Counted from the first letter of the stretch, positions 41,601 through 51,213 are shown. The stretch: DNA of 64,000 bases from an uncultured Blautia sp. (GCA_900551715.1 URXG01000005.1:127-64126); one strand, 5' to 3'. The notes: generated by a model not told the origin, from the letters alone. Program-made: numbers and translations.

Positions 41601-42469
41601 AGCTTTCCAAGGTGACTGCACCAAGAAGAAAGTCCAGCCTCAGTGTTTATATTTATGTGCCGGAGAATCTGGATACTTTTTCAGAGGATGTTACTCTGAA
41701 GAACAGGGTTACAGGGGAAATTTATTCTCTGACAGATGAGGGAGTTGCCATCAGTGAAAAGACAGCCAGTCTTCTGGATCTGAAAGTGGGAGATACAATT
41801 ACTCTCAAAAAAGATGATCAGGAATATCAGGTAAAGATCGCTGTGATCACTGAGAATTATGCAGGGCATTATGTGTATATGACACCGAAGGTATATGAGG
41901 AAATCTTTGGGGAGACACCGGATTATGCAGATATTGTATTCTCTGTAAAAGAAGAATGCAAAGATCAGACGGCGGAGATAGGACAGTCTATTATGGGCTA
42001 TCCGGCTGCCTTAAGTATCAGTTATACAGCCAGTACCATGGAGACAGTAGAGCGTATGCTTGGCACGCTGAGTATCATTATAATGGTTCTTATCGTCTCA
42101 GCCGGAATGCTGGCATTTGTAGTTCTCTATAATCTGAACAACATTAACATCACAGAAAGACAGAGAGAACTGGCAACCCTGAAAGTCCTGGGATTCTTTG
42201 ATATAGAAGTTTCTCAGTACGTGCTGAGAGAGAATATCATCCTTACCATTGTGGGAATTCTTTTCGGATCTCTTTTTGGAATTTTCCTTCATCATTATAT
42301 TATTGTCACAGTCGAAGTGGATGCAGTTATGTTTGGAAGGAATATCGGAGCCATGAGTTTCCTTTACTGTACTGTGATCACCTGTATTTTTTCAGTAGCA
42401 GTCAACGGATTCATGCATATGAAACTGAAAAAGATCGACATGGTAGAGTCCCTGAAATCCGTAGAATAA
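38630..42469 (+). CDS. FtsX/MacB-type ABC permease with very long extracellular coiled coil
   Basis: Two FtsX-like TM modules (EQRTQIGTMKALG, ERQRELATLKVLG) and about 470 aa of heptad repeats. Confidence 0.9.
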   Translation: MVGKRKKALHKDFWMEIRKNKARFISIFCIVALGVAFFSGIQAASPDMRYSGDAYYNESGLMDLKVVSTMGLTESDLDALASLKGVETAEGAYSTDVLCGEDSAQRVLHVESVNQNVNQLTVTEGKIPEKSGECFLDKTFAGNQEYKIGDKIHFKNGGDNELLKTTEYTVVGIGSSPLYISFNRGNTTLGSGEVSGFAYVCAEDFDSEVFTQVYLKAHEVEKVTSYTDAYDNLIEALQKRVEGIEAAQCQIRYENVVSEAQNKISDAEKELEDGRKDAEQELADARKKLKDGEKELADGRKEYEDGKKQLEDAKKELADGKKQLADARKQITDGKAQLADAREQLKEGQQKLEPAKTKLENGWKKYNDGRKQYEQGLKKLEKSRSQLESGKAKIKAAKATLDAKQKELDTSLKQAQEGQKALETQIPQLESQIAQLEMGIQQVSEAAAMLDGVGQQLEAAKNAAAEKQNFVKEAQSAYEAAKSQAEAGEITEDQLNSYKQALDSAQGELEQANATVSSLQASYDACKQAADQKASLESNLSAAQAGLTQAKSKQTELASALAQLAEGQKSIDSGRKELEKQEAALDPAEQKLAAGEKTLKKSKKKLDASLKKLKAGQKELDAGQAKLDTASQQISANEVKLQKGEEEIVANEKKLANGEKEIQENETKLKDAEKQLSDAEKELEDGRKDYKKGEKEAQDKIQEGEDKIADAKKELQDLEQPEWLITDRNDLPEYSDYGDNADRIKSIGEVFPVIFFLVAALISLTTMTRMVEEQRTQIGTMKALGYGRLSIASKYLSYAFLATAGGSVTGVLIGEKILPYIIIKAYGMMYHNVSNSLQIHYELKYALIASVAAVICTVGATVFSCWQALRETPASLMRPPAPKEGKRIFLEHIPFLWKQLNFTWKSSLRNLFRYKKRLFMTIFGIAGSMALMLVGFGIRDSISDIVVLQYKDLQHYDGIIISDDDATAQERTELQDYLKDNQKLDHYTNIQLSKVTAPRRKSSLSVYIYVPENLDTFSEDVTLKNRVTGEIYSLTDEGVAISEKTASLLDLKVGDTITLKKDDQEYQVKIAVITENYAGHYVYMTPKVYEEIFGETPDYADIVFSVKEECKDQTAEIGQSIMGYPAALSISYTASTMETVERMLGTLSIIIMVLIVSAGMLAFVVLYNLNNINITERQRELATLKVLGFFDIEVSQYVLRENIILTIVGILFGSLFGIFLHHYIIVTVEVDAVMFGRNIGAMSFLYCTVITCIFSVAVNGFMHMKLKKIDMVESLKSVE
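39469..39660 (+). repeat. Coding 21-bp-period imperfect tandem repeats
   Basis: GAACTTGCTGATG / CAGCTTGCTGATG units encoding ELADGKK / QLADARK heptads. Confidence 0.7.
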
Positions 42470-42513
42470 GGTAAAAATGGAAATAAATAAGTATGAATTT
42501 TTCCGAATCCTTC

Positions 42514-42542
42514 TTGACAAGGCTGGAAAATATAATTATAGT
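42514..42542 (+). promoter_or_regulatory. sigma-A promoter of valS
   Basis: TTGACA-N17-TATAGT. Confidence 0.75.
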
Positions 42543-42545
42543 AGA

Positions 42546-42637
42546 CTTCATAGTAAAGGCTGAGAAAGTTTTCTTCGTAATGAAGGTAGTACTGCGAGAT
42601 TGTTGCCCTTCACACAGCTGTGTGAAGGGTTCTTTTT
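42546..42637 (+). ncRNA. Reduced or degenerate T-box-like leader (antiterminator plus terminator)
   Basis: GAAGG-TAGTACT-GCGA...TTGC-CCTTC antiterminator overlaps the terminator CCCTTCACAC/GTGTGAAGGG-TTCTTTTT. Confidence 0.6.
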
Positions 42638-42666
42638 GCTTTACTAAAAAATTTCAGGAGGATATT

Positions 42667-45321
42667 ATGAGTAAAGAACTTGCAAAGACTTATGACCCGA
42701 AAGGCCTGGAAGACCGTCTTTATAAAAAATGGCTGGACAACGGTTACTTCCATGCAAAAGTAAATCCAGATAAAAAACCATTTACCATTGTTATGCCACC
42801 GCCGAATGTAACCGGCCAGCTTCATATGGGACATGCACTTGATGAGACCATGCAGGACATCCTGATCCGTTTCAAGAGAATGCAGGGATACGAAGCACTG
42901 TGGCAGCCGGGAACTGACCACGCTGCTATAGCAACAGAAGTCAAAGTTATTGACAAACTGAAAAAAGAAGGAATTGACAAACACGACATCGGACGTGAAG
43001 AATTCCTGAAGCATGCATGGGCATGGAAAGAAGAGTACGGTGGAAAGATCATCAACCAGCTGAAAAAACTGGGTGCTTCTGCAGACTGGGAAAGAGAGCG
43101 TTTCACTATGGACGAAGGATGTTCCAAAGCTGTACAGGAAGTATTTATCCGTTTATATGAAAAAGGATATATCTACAAAGGTTCCAGAATTATCAACTGG
43201 TGTCCGGTATGCCAGACTTCCATTTCTGATGCAGAAGTTGAGCATGAGGATCAGGACGGATTTTTCTGGCACATTAATTATCCTATTGTAGGAGAAGAAG
43301 GAAGATTTGTAGAAATCGCCACAACACGTCCGGAGACACTTCTCGGTGATACTGCAGTAGCAGTTAACCCGGATGACGAAAGATACAAAGACATCATCGG
43401 CAAAATGCTGAAGCTGCCTCTTACAGACAGAGAGATCCCGGTGATCGCAGACGAATATGTAGACAAAGAATTTGGAACAGGCTGCGTAAAGATCACACCT
43501 GCACATGACCCTAATGACTTTGAAGTTGGTAAACGTCATAACCTGGAAGAAATCAATATCCTGAATGATGATGCTACTATCAACTCTCTGGGTGGCAAAT
43601 ACGCAGGTATGGACCGTTATGAGGCACGTAAAGCCATGGTTGCCGATCTGGATGCACTGGGTCTTCTGGTGAAAGTAGTTCCTCACAATCACAGTGTGGG
43701 TACTCATGACCGCTGTGGCACAACTGTAGAACCTATGATCAAACCACAGTGGTTTGTACGTATGGATAAGATGGCAAAAGCCGCCATGGATGCACTGAAA
43801 CCAGGAGAACTGGAATTTGTTCCTGCAAGTTTTGGCAAGACATACCTTCACTGGCTGGAGAACATCCGCGACTGGTGTATTTCCCGTCAGCTCTGGTGGG
43901 GACACAGAATCCCGGCCTATTACTGTGACGAGTGCGGTGAAGTAGTTGTCGCAAGAGAAATGCCGGAAAAATGCCCGAAATGTGGCTGCACACATCTTCA
44001 TCAGGATGAAGATACACTGGATACCTGGTTCAGTTCTGCTCTGTGGCCATTCTCCACACTTGGATGGCCGGACAAGACACCGGAACTGGAATACTTCTAT
44101 CCAACAGATGTACTGGTAACAGGATATGATATTATTTTCTTCTGGGTTATCCGTATGGTATTCTCTGCTCTGGAGCAGACAGGGGAAGTTCCTTTCCATC
44201 ATGTACTGATCCATGGTCTGGTACGTGATTCCCAGGGACGTAAGATGAGTAAATCACTTGGCAATGGTATTGATCCTCTGGAAGTCATTGACAAATACGG
44301 TGCAGATGCCCTGCGTCTGACACTGATCACAGGTAATGCTCCGGGAAACGACATGCGTTTCTACTGGGAGCGTGTAGAATCCAGCCGAAACTTTGCCAAC
44401 AAGATCTGGAATGCATCTCGTTTCATTATGATGAACCTGGAAGGCAAAACTGTTACAGAGCCGGCAGATCTTAATGAACTCTGCCCGGAAGACAAATGGA
44501 TCCTTTCCAAGCTGAATACAGTGATCAGCGAAGTTACCGAAAATATGGATAAATATGAACTGGGTATCGCAGTTCAGAAGGTTTATGATTTCCTGTGGGA
44601 TGAGCTTTGCGACTGGTACATCGAAATGGCAAAAGTACGTCTCTGGAAAGCAGAAGAAGATCCGAAAGCTGCTAACGACGCACTCTGGACTTTAAGAACG
44701 GCTCTTACAGAAGGTCTGAAACTTCTTCATCCATACATGCCGTTTATTACAGAAGAGATCTACTGTACCCTTCTTCCAGAAGAAGAATCCATCATGATCT
44801 CTGACTGGCCGGTATACCAGGAAGCATGGGCATTCCCGGAAGCAGAGAAAGCAGTAGAAAGCTTCAAGGAAGTGGTAAGAGGTATCCGTAATACACGTAC
44901 CGAAATGAACGTTCCTGCCAACCGCAAGACCAGCCTGCACATTGTAGGCAGAGATGCAGATACCTGTGCAAGATACGAAGCCTGCAAGAAGTCCTTTGTA
45001 AACCTTGCTCTTGCAAAAGAAATCCTGGTTCAGGAAACAAAAGAAGGTATCGGCGACGATGCAGTATCTGTAGTAGTATCTAATGCAGTGGTCTATATGC
45101 CGCTGGAAGACCTGGTAGACAGAGAAAAAGAAATGGAACGTCTTAAGAAAGAACAGGAACGTCTAAAAAAAGAAATTGCCCGCTGCCAGGGAATGCTTGG
45201 AAATCCGAACTTTGTAAACAAAGCACCGGAAGCCAAAGTAAATGCAGAAAAAGAAAAACTTCAGAAATACGAAGAAATGATGGAAAAGGTAAACCTGCAA
45301 CTTAAGCAGATGGAAAAATAA
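42667..45321 (+). CDS. valS: Valine--tRNA ligase
   Basis: PPPNVTG.LHMGH, DWCISRQLWWGH, KMSKS and C-terminal coiled coil. True start MSKEL after CAGGAGG. Confidence 0.97.
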   Translation: MSKELAKTYDPKGLEDRLYKKWLDNGYFHAKVNPDKKPFTIVMPPPNVTGQLHMGHALDETMQDILIRFKRMQGYEALWQPGTDHAAIATEVKVIDKLKKEGIDKHDIGREEFLKHAWAWKEEYGGKIINQLKKLGASADWERERFTMDEGCSKAVQEVFIRLYEKGYIYKGSRIINWCPVCQTSISDAEVEHEDQDGFFWHINYPIVGEEGRFVEIATTRPETLLGDTAVAVNPDDERYKDIIGKMLKLPLTDREIPVIADEYVDKEFGTGCVKITPAHDPNDFEVGKRHNLEEINILNDDATINSLGGKYAGMDRYEARKAMVADLDALGLLVKVVPHNHSVGTHDRCGTTVEPMIKPQWFVRMDKMAKAAMDALKPGELEFVPASFGKTYLHWLENIRDWCISRQLWWGHRIPAYYCDECGEVVVAREMPEKCPKCGCTHLHQDEDTLDTWFSSALWPFSTLGWPDKTPELEYFYPTDVLVTGYDIIFFWVIRMVFSALEQTGEVPFHHVLIHGLVRDSQGRKMSKSLGNGIDPLEVIDKYGADALRLTLITGNAPGNDMRFYWERVESSRNFANKIWNASRFIMMNLEGKTVTEPADLNELCPEDKWILSKLNTVISEVTENMDKYELGIAVQKVYDFLWDELCDWYIEMAKVRLWKAEEDPKAANDALWTLRTALTEGLKLLHPYMPFITEEIYCTLLPEEESIMISDWPVYQEAWAFPEAEKAVESFKEVVRGIRNTRTEMNVPANRKTSLHIVGRDADTCARYEACKKSFVNLALAKEILVQETKEGIGDDAVSVVVSNAVVYMPLEDLVDREKEMERLKKEQERLKKEIARCQGMLGNPNFVNKAPEAKVNAEKEKLQKYEEMMEKVNLQLKQMEK

Positions 45322-45333
45322 AGGAGCATCCGG

Positions 45334-47352
45334 ATGAAATTGTATAAAGTGTGCAACAGAATCTCGCTGTTGCTTCATGCATTGTTCAGTGCAACCGGTT
45401 ATTTTCTCATAGAAGCGCTCAGCCGTCATTCTGTTCTGGAAGCTTGGAACTTTATGACCGGGAAACCTCTGGTGTTTGCGTATAATGCAGCATTGATTTT
45501 TACAACAAGTCTTATTGCGTACCTGTTTAAAAGAAGATTCTTCTGGCGTGTCCTGACTGTGATTTTCTGGCTGTTGCTGGGAGTTACCAACAGTGTGATC
45601 CTTGCCAACAGAGTGACACCTTTTACCGGACCAGATCTTCGTCTCATGACAGATGGAATGGCGGTACTGAACAAGTATCTGCCTTCCTGGGGAGTTGTAC
45701 TGGCCCTGATCGTACTGGGATTTTTTGCACTTCTGCTTCTGATCCTTTTGATAAAGGGACCGAAGTACAAACGAAAAATAAAATATCGTTATGATCTGCT
45801 TCTGGTTGTGGTAGGAGTGCTGGTTTTTGCCGGAATCACACAGTTTGCTCTGGAAAAAAGAGTGCTTTCCAATTACTTTGGAAATATTGCTTTTGCCTAT
45901 GAAGATTATGGTTATCCTTACTGCCTGGCGGTTACGATTTTTGACACCGGTATCAGTTGTCCAAGAGATTATTCACAGCAGGAGATTAATAGAATCGAAA
46001 AAACCGAGGACAATCTTCCGGCAACGAAAGAAGGGGAGCATCCCAATATCATTTTCATACAGCTGGAATCTTTCTTTGATCCGGAACTTGTAAATTACCT
46101 GAAGCTTTCCGAAGATCCCATACCGAATTTCAGGAAGCTGATGAAAGAATATACTTCCGGTTATTACAAAGTCCCATCTGTAGGGGCAGGAACTGCCAAC
46201 ACAGAATTTGAGTCCATCACAGGAATGAGTCTTCATTATTTTGGACCGGGAGAATATCCGTACAAAAGTATCCTTAAAGAAACTACCTGTGAAAGTGCAC
46301 CTTATGTGCTGAAGAATCTGGGATATACCACTCATGCCGTACATAACAATGAGGCCAATTTCTATGGCAGAAGAAGTATTTTCCCCAATCTTGGTTTTGA
46401 TACCTTTACTTCCGCTGAATATATGACGGAGGAAGAGGATAAGAACCCACTGGGGTGGACTAAGGACGAAGTCCTTACGGATGAGATTTTGAAATGTCTG
46501 GATTCTTCAGAAGGTCCTGATTATATTTATACTATTTCCGTACAGGGACATGGTGCTTATCCTGAGGAAGAACTTCTGGATGATCCGGAGATCACAGTTG
46601 CCGGAGCAGCTACAGAAGAGAAGAATAATCAGTGGGAATATTATGTAAATCAGATCCATGAGATGGATGATTTTGTAAAAGAACTAACAGATGCTCTTGC
46701 AGATTATCCGGAAGATGTGGTTCTGGTCATGTATGGAGATCATCTTCCTACTATGGGGCTGACTGTAGAAGATCTGAATAACAAGTATCTTTTCCAGACA
46801 GAATATGTTATGTGGGACAATTTTGACCTTGAGAAAAAAGATGTGAATCTGGCAGCATATCAGATGGCAGCAGAGGTTATGGACAGAGTCGGTATCCATG
46901 AGGGAACAGTATTCCGTTATCATCAGGCAAGAAGAAATACAAGAAACTATCAGGTAGATCTGGAAACTCTTCAGTATGATCTTCTTTATGGAGAAAGATA
47001 CTCCTATGGCGGAGAGAATCCTTTCGAGAGGATCAAAATGCGAATGGGACTTTATGATGTTTCACTGGATTCTATGGAACTTGTGTCTGCCTCGGATTAT
47101 ACTTACCGGTTGAAAGGAACCAACTTCACGCCTTCCAGTCAGGTGAAACTTAACGGAGAATGGTATGATACGGTTTATGTGAATCCTACCACGCTGATGA
47201 TCTCAGGCACAGAACTGGATGATTTTGACCGAATTTCTGTTGTCCAGAGAAGCAACAGTTCCACAAGGAAAGCACTGAGCAAGAGTTATGACCGTTCCTG
47301 TTACATGCTCTACAATGAAAATAAATGGAAGATCCCTGAGGAAGAAAGGTGA
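45334..47352 (+). CDS. LTA synthase family / sulfatase-domain membrane protein
   Basis: Five TM helices, PNIIFIQLESF, GTANTEFE, YGDH, C-terminal IPT/TIG-like domain. Confidence 0.88.
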   Translation: MKLYKVCNRISLLLHALFSATGYFLIEALSRHSVLEAWNFMTGKPLVFAYNAALIFTTSLIAYLFKRRFFWRVLTVIFWLLLGVTNSVILANRVTPFTGPDLRLMTDGMAVLNKYLPSWGVVLALIVLGFFALLLLILLIKGPKYKRKIKYRYDLLLVVVGVLVFAGITQFALEKRVLSNYFGNIAFAYEDYGYPYCLAVTIFDTGISCPRDYSQQEINRIEKTEDNLPATKEGEHPNIIFIQLESFFDPELVNYLKLSEDPIPNFRKLMKEYTSGYYKVPSVGAGTANTEFESITGMSLHYFGPGEYPYKSILKETTCESAPYVLKNLGYTTHAVHNNEANFYGRRSIFPNLGFDTFTSAEYMTEEEDKNPLGWTKDEVLTDEILKCLDSSEGPDYIYTISVQGHGAYPEEELLDDPEITVAGAATEEKNNQWEYYVNQIHEMDDFVKELTDALADYPEDVVLVMYGDHLPTMGLTVEDLNNKYLFQTEYVMWDNFDLEKKDVNLAAYQMAAEVMDRVGIHEGTVFRYHQARRNTRNYQVDLETLQYDLLYGERYSYGGENPFERIKMRMGLYDVSLDSMELVSASDYTYRLKGTNFTPSSQVKLNGEWYDTVYVNPTTLMISGTELDDFDRISVVQRSNSSTRKALSKSYDRSCYMLYNENKWKIPEEER

Positions 47353-47552
47353 GTATTTCTGTCACAGGAGACTCTTTCAGAAAGAAATTTGACACCTGCC
47401 TGGGAATAAAGTGGGCAGTTGACGAATAAAAGATTACGATTAGTACTGGACATCTTTCACCACTCATATATAATGATATCGTAGCGGTATGTCAGAGACC
47501 TAAGATCGCTGGCACCGTTACGAATACATTAGATAAAGTGGTGAATTTTTTT

Positions 47553-48854
47553 ATGAATTATGAAGAAGCAGTTGCTTATATTGAAGAAACCCCGAAATTT
47601 ACAACCAAAAACAAACTGGAACATACCAAAGAATGTCTCAGGAGACTGGGAAATCCACAGGACAGTTTCAGAGTGATCCATGTGGCAGGTACCAACGGAA
47701 AGGGAAGCACCTGTGCATTCCTTACGTCCATTTTGAGGGAAGCCGGTTACTCCTGTGGCCTTTTTACCTCACCTCATCTTGTGGTGATCAATGAACGGTT
47801 CCAGATCAATGAACAGAACATTGATGATGCGAGCTTTCTGCGAGCTTTTGAGAAAGTAAAAGCACTGTCAGAGGAGCTGGTGGCAGAAGGAAATTATCAT
47901 CCTACTTATTTTGAGATGCTTTTCCTTATGGGAATGGTTATTTTCCAGGAAGCAGGTGTGGATTATGTGATCCTGGAGACAGGTCTTGGAGGAAGAATGG
48001 ATGCCACCACATCTGTCGAAAATCCTCTTGCCTGTGTGATCACTTCTATCAGTTTTGACCATATGCAGTATCTGGGAAATACCATCGAAGCGATAGCAGG
48101 AGAGAAAGCAGGGATCATTGTTCCGGGTGTACCTGTGATCTATGACGGCAATGACGAGAGAGCAGCCGGTGTTATCCGGACCCATGCAGAGGAACTGGGA
48201 AGTCCTTATTACCAGGTTACCAGAGGAGAAACAGAAATTATCAGAATCACAGTTTCCGGCATTGATTTTTCTTTCCGGAATGGGTATTATGATGATACTG
48301 TTTTTTCCATTCCTTTTATTGCAGAATATCAGGTAATGAACAGTGCACTTGCATTACAGACCATTCAGGCACTGAAAGAAGTGCTGCCTGTTTCTGAGGA
48401 AGCACTGAAGAAGGGAATTCTGGAAACCAGATGGCAGGGCAGAATGGAGACGGTTCTGCCGGGAGTCATTGTAGATGGTGCACACAATGAAGACGGAGTG
48501 GAGAAGTTTGTGGAGACAGCAGAACATTTTCAGAAAGAGTATCCTCTTACTCTGCTGTTTTCTGCTGTGGATGACAAAGATTATACAGATATGATCCATA
48601 CGATTCTTGACAGAATCCATTTCCGCCACGTTGTAGTAACACAGGTTGGCGGTTACCGTAAAGTGCCGGCAGAGGACCTGGCAGAAATTTTCCGCAGATA
48701 CGGATGTTCTTCTGCGGAAGCCTGCGAAGACGTAACAGAAGCTTTCCGTAAGGCCCTTTCAGAAAAGGGAGAAGAGGGAATGCTGTTCTGTGTAGGATCC
48801 CTGTATCTGGTAGGTGAGATCAAAACAGCTCTGTTAAAAGGAGAGATCAGATGA
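47553..48854 (+). CDS. folC: Folylpolyglutamate/dihydrofolate synthase
   Basis: HVAGTNGKGS, FTSPHL, ETGLGGRMDAT, DGAHN. Confidence 0.95.
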   Translation: MNYEEAVAYIEETPKFTTKNKLEHTKECLRRLGNPQDSFRVIHVAGTNGKGSTCAFLTSILREAGYSCGLFTSPHLVVINERFQINEQNIDDASFLRAFEKVKALSEELVAEGNYHPTYFEMLFLMGMVIFQEAGVDYVILETGLGGRMDATTSVENPLACVITSISFDHMQYLGNTIEAIAGEKAGIIVPGVPVIYDGNDERAAGVIRTHAEELGSPYYQVTRGETEIIRITVSGIDFSFRNGYYDDTVFSIPFIAEYQVMNSALALQTIQALKEVLPVSEEALKKGILETRWQGRMETVLPGVIVDGAHNEDGVEKFVETAEHFQKEYPLTLLFSAVDDKDYTDMIHTILDRIHFRHVVVTQVGGYRKVPAEDLAEIFRRYGCSSAEACEDVTEAFRKALSEKGEEGMLFCVGSLYLVGEIKTALLKGEIR

Positions 48855-49003
48855 TTGATTACGAAGAAGAACTGAAGAAATTTGAACCCTGTCTGGATGT
48901 GACAGACGCAGAAGAGGCTATTTATGACAAAGAACTGACAGACATTCTGGATGTGCTTCAGGAAGTCTTACGAGAAGCAAAAAGCAACAGACGTGTAAAA
49001 TAA
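48851..49003 (+). CDS. Small acidic protein (50 aa, not in the ORF track)
   Basis: MIDYEEELKKFEPCLDVTDAEEAIYDKELTDILDVLQEVLREAKSNRRVK. AGGAG RBS and ATGA overlap with the folC stop. Confidence 0.75.
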   Translation: MIDYEEELKKFEPCLDVTDAEEAIYDKELTDILDVLQEVLREAKSNRRVK

Positions 49004-49013
49004 GGAGAACTGA

Positions 49014-50339
49014 ATGAACTGTATGAACTGCGGTGCATTTCTCACAGATATGGATCTGGATTACTGTCCGAACTGTGGGTATAATGTGTTAATTCAGAAA
49101 AAAGTGGATTATCTGTCCAAACTTTTTTATAATCAGGGACTGGAAAAAGCAAGTATACGTGATCTTTCGGGAGCGATTGCATGTCTGAAACAGAGCCTGA
49201 TCTACGATAAAAAAAATATCAGGGCAAGAAATCTTCTCGGACTGGTATATTTTGAGACTGGAGAAGTGGTGTCTGCACTCAGCGAATGGGTGATCAGCAA
49301 GAACCTTCAGCCAACCAGAAACGTGGCTTCAGAATATATCAGCAAATTGCAGGCAAATCCCAACAAACTGAATGCCATTAATGAAACCATCAAAAAATAC
49401 AACCATGCCCTGCTTCTTTGCAGAGAGGGGCATGAAGATATGGCTGCCATCCAGCTTCGTAAAATTTTGGCACAGAATTCCAAGCTCATCAAGGGATATC
49501 ATCTGCTGGCTCTGATCCAGATCAAGAATCAGGAATGGAACAAAGCCAGAAGGACTCTCAAGAAGGCAGCACGTATTGACAAGACCAATACAACGACTCT
49601 TCGTTTCCTTCGGGAAGTAGATGAGCAGACCGGTGTGACCACGAATCTGGAGCGAAAGAAAAAAGGACTTTTCCATTCTTCCGGTTCCAGAAAGAATGAT
49701 GGAGAGATGGATAACAGCGAACTGACGGTAAAAACACCTGTATACAGAGAACGGTCCAGAATCTCTCTGTTTGTGATACTGATGGTGGGAATTGTGGCAG
49801 GAGCTGTTGCATTCCAGCTTCTGGCAGTACCGGCTATCAGGCAGGGTATCTATCAGGAGGCAAATCAGCAGATCGTTCAGTACAGCGAATCTCTGGCAAG
49901 CCAGGGTGCGGAGCTTTCCAAGGTACAGGGCGAAGCAGAACAGTCGGGAAATACAGCAGAAGAAGTAACCAAACAGCTGACAGAAGAGCAGACAAAGAGC
50001 AAGAGTTATGAAGCACTGCTGAGTGCTTACCAGTATTATCAGCAGCAGAATATGGACGAGGCAGCTGTTGCTATTCAGTCTGTACAGACTGATGTGCTGG
50101 ATGATTCCATGAAAAACATATATAATACCATCAAAGACGCTACCGGAGCTGCCGGTCAGGAAGGTTCCTCAGATTCCCAGGACGGCTCAGAAGAAAGTAC
50201 GGACAGTGGCAGTGATGAAGGCGATGGAAGCGAGGATACCGGCGACAGTGGTGATTCCGGTAATTATGACGACAGCAGTTATGACAGTGGTTATGATGAG
50301 GAAAGCTACGACGGAAGTTATGATGAAAGTTACGAATAA
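49014..50339 (+). CDS. Zn-ribbon/TPR single-pass membrane protein with acidic tail
   Basis: CMNC...CPNC, TPR-like helices, one TM helix, coiled coil, S/D/G/Y-rich C-terminus. Confidence 0.8.
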   Translation: MNCMNCGAFLTDMDLDYCPNCGYNVLIQKKVDYLSKLFYNQGLEKASIRDLSGAIACLKQSLIYDKKNIRARNLLGLVYFETGEVVSALSEWVISKNLQPTRNVASEYISKLQANPNKLNAINETIKKYNHALLLCREGHEDMAAIQLRKILAQNSKLIKGYHLLALIQIKNQEWNKARRTLKKAARIDKTNTTTLRFLREVDEQTGVTTNLERKKKGLFHSSGSRKNDGEMDNSELTVKTPVYRERSRISLFVILMVGIVAGAVAFQLLAVPAIRQGIYQEANQQIVQYSESLASQGAELSKVQGEAEQSGNTAEEVTKQLTEEQTKSKSYEALLSAYQYYQQQNMDEAAVAIQSVQTDVLDDSMKNIYNTIKDATGAAGQEGSSDSQDGSEESTDSGSDEGDGSEDTGDSGDSGNYDDSSYDSGYDEESYDGSYDESYE

Positions 50340-50364
50340 TACATAAGAGAAACCTCGGAATTGA

Positions 50365-50391
50365 GGACATGCATGACGCATGTCCTTTTTT
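50365..50391 (+). terminator. Intrinsic terminator
   Basis: GGACATGC-ATGAC-GCATGTCC-TTTTTT. Confidence 0.75.
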
Positions 50392-50446
50392 CGTGACAGA
50401 TGGAGAGTGCAGGGAGAGTGTAAAAAGAAAACAGGGGGAAAGTTTG

Positions 50447-50779
50447 ATGAAGGAATTATTTGAAATAGCAGGAACCGATCTCAGAGTAAAAATTCCATCA
50501 GATCTGGATCATCCGGTATCTGATCAGATCCGGAAAGAATCAGACAGGATTATGGAGAGCATTTATATCCGGAGAATGATTTTTGATTTTTCGGAAACTG
50601 TTTTTATGGACAGTTCCGGTATCGGGCTTATTATGGGCAGGTATCGTGCTTTGGGCATGAAACAGGGATGTATCCTGGCAGAGGGAGCCAATGAACATAT
50701 TCAGAGACTGCTCAGGCTGTCTGGAGTCCATCGTTACATGGAGATCCGGGAATCCATAGAAGAAGGGAGTAAAAAATGA
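50447..50779 (+). CDS. spoIIAA: Anti-sigma-F factor antagonist
   Basis: STAS domain DLDH...FMDSSGIGLIMGRY and operon context. Confidence 0.92.
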   Translation: MKELFEIAGTDLRVKIPSDLDHPVSDQIRKESDRIMESIYIRRMIFDFSETVFMDSSGIGLIMGRYRALGMKQGCILAEGANEHIQRLLRLSGVHRYMEIRESIEEGSKK

Positions 50780-51201
50780 AAGATACCAATGAAATGACAC
50801 TTGTATTTGACAGCAGACCAGTAAATGAAGGACTGGCGAGAATCACAGCAGCATCTTTTTGTACACAGTTGAATCCCACACTGGAAGAGATCGCAGATCT
50901 TAAGACTGCTGTTTCTGAGGCAGTGACAAACTGTATCATTCATGGCTATGAAGGGAAAGTATATAAGATCTGGATGGATCTATGTATAAAGGGACATCTG
51001 CTTACGGTGGATATCAAAGATCAGGGTACAGGGATTGCTGATATAAAGAAAGCAATGGAACCTATGTATACCACAAAGCCGGAAAAAGACCGTTCCGGAA
51101 TGGGATTTACATTTATGGAAGCATTTATGGATGAAGTAACCGTAGAATCTGAAGTGGGAAAGGGGACTACTGTTCATATGAAAAAAATCATCGGCAAATA
51201 A
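50776..51201 (+). CDS. spoIIAB: Anti-sigma-F factor kinase
   Basis: KTAVSEAVTNCIIHGY, RSGMGFTFMEAFMD. Confidence 0.95.
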   Translation: MKDTNEMTLVFDSRPVNEGLARITAASFCTQLNPTLEEIADLKTAVSEAVTNCIIHGYEGKVYKIWMDLCIKGHLLTVDIKDQGTGIADIKKAMEPMYTTKPEKDRSGMGFTFMEAFMDEVTVESEVGKGTTVHMKKIIGK

Positions 51202-51213
51202 AAGGAGGCGGCT

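Noticed and set aside
42493..42666. N-terminal extension of ValS in the ORF track (similar extensions for helD, addA, spoIIAA, spoVAC, spoVAD and rsmF)
   Set aside because: The extensions overlap promoters, terminators or upstream genes, and downstream starts fit better (clear RBS or stop-start coupling in most cases)
47360..47420. Possible THF or ZTP riboswitch before folC
   Set aside because: Conserved cores are not recognisable, and the stretch lies upstream of the likely promoter
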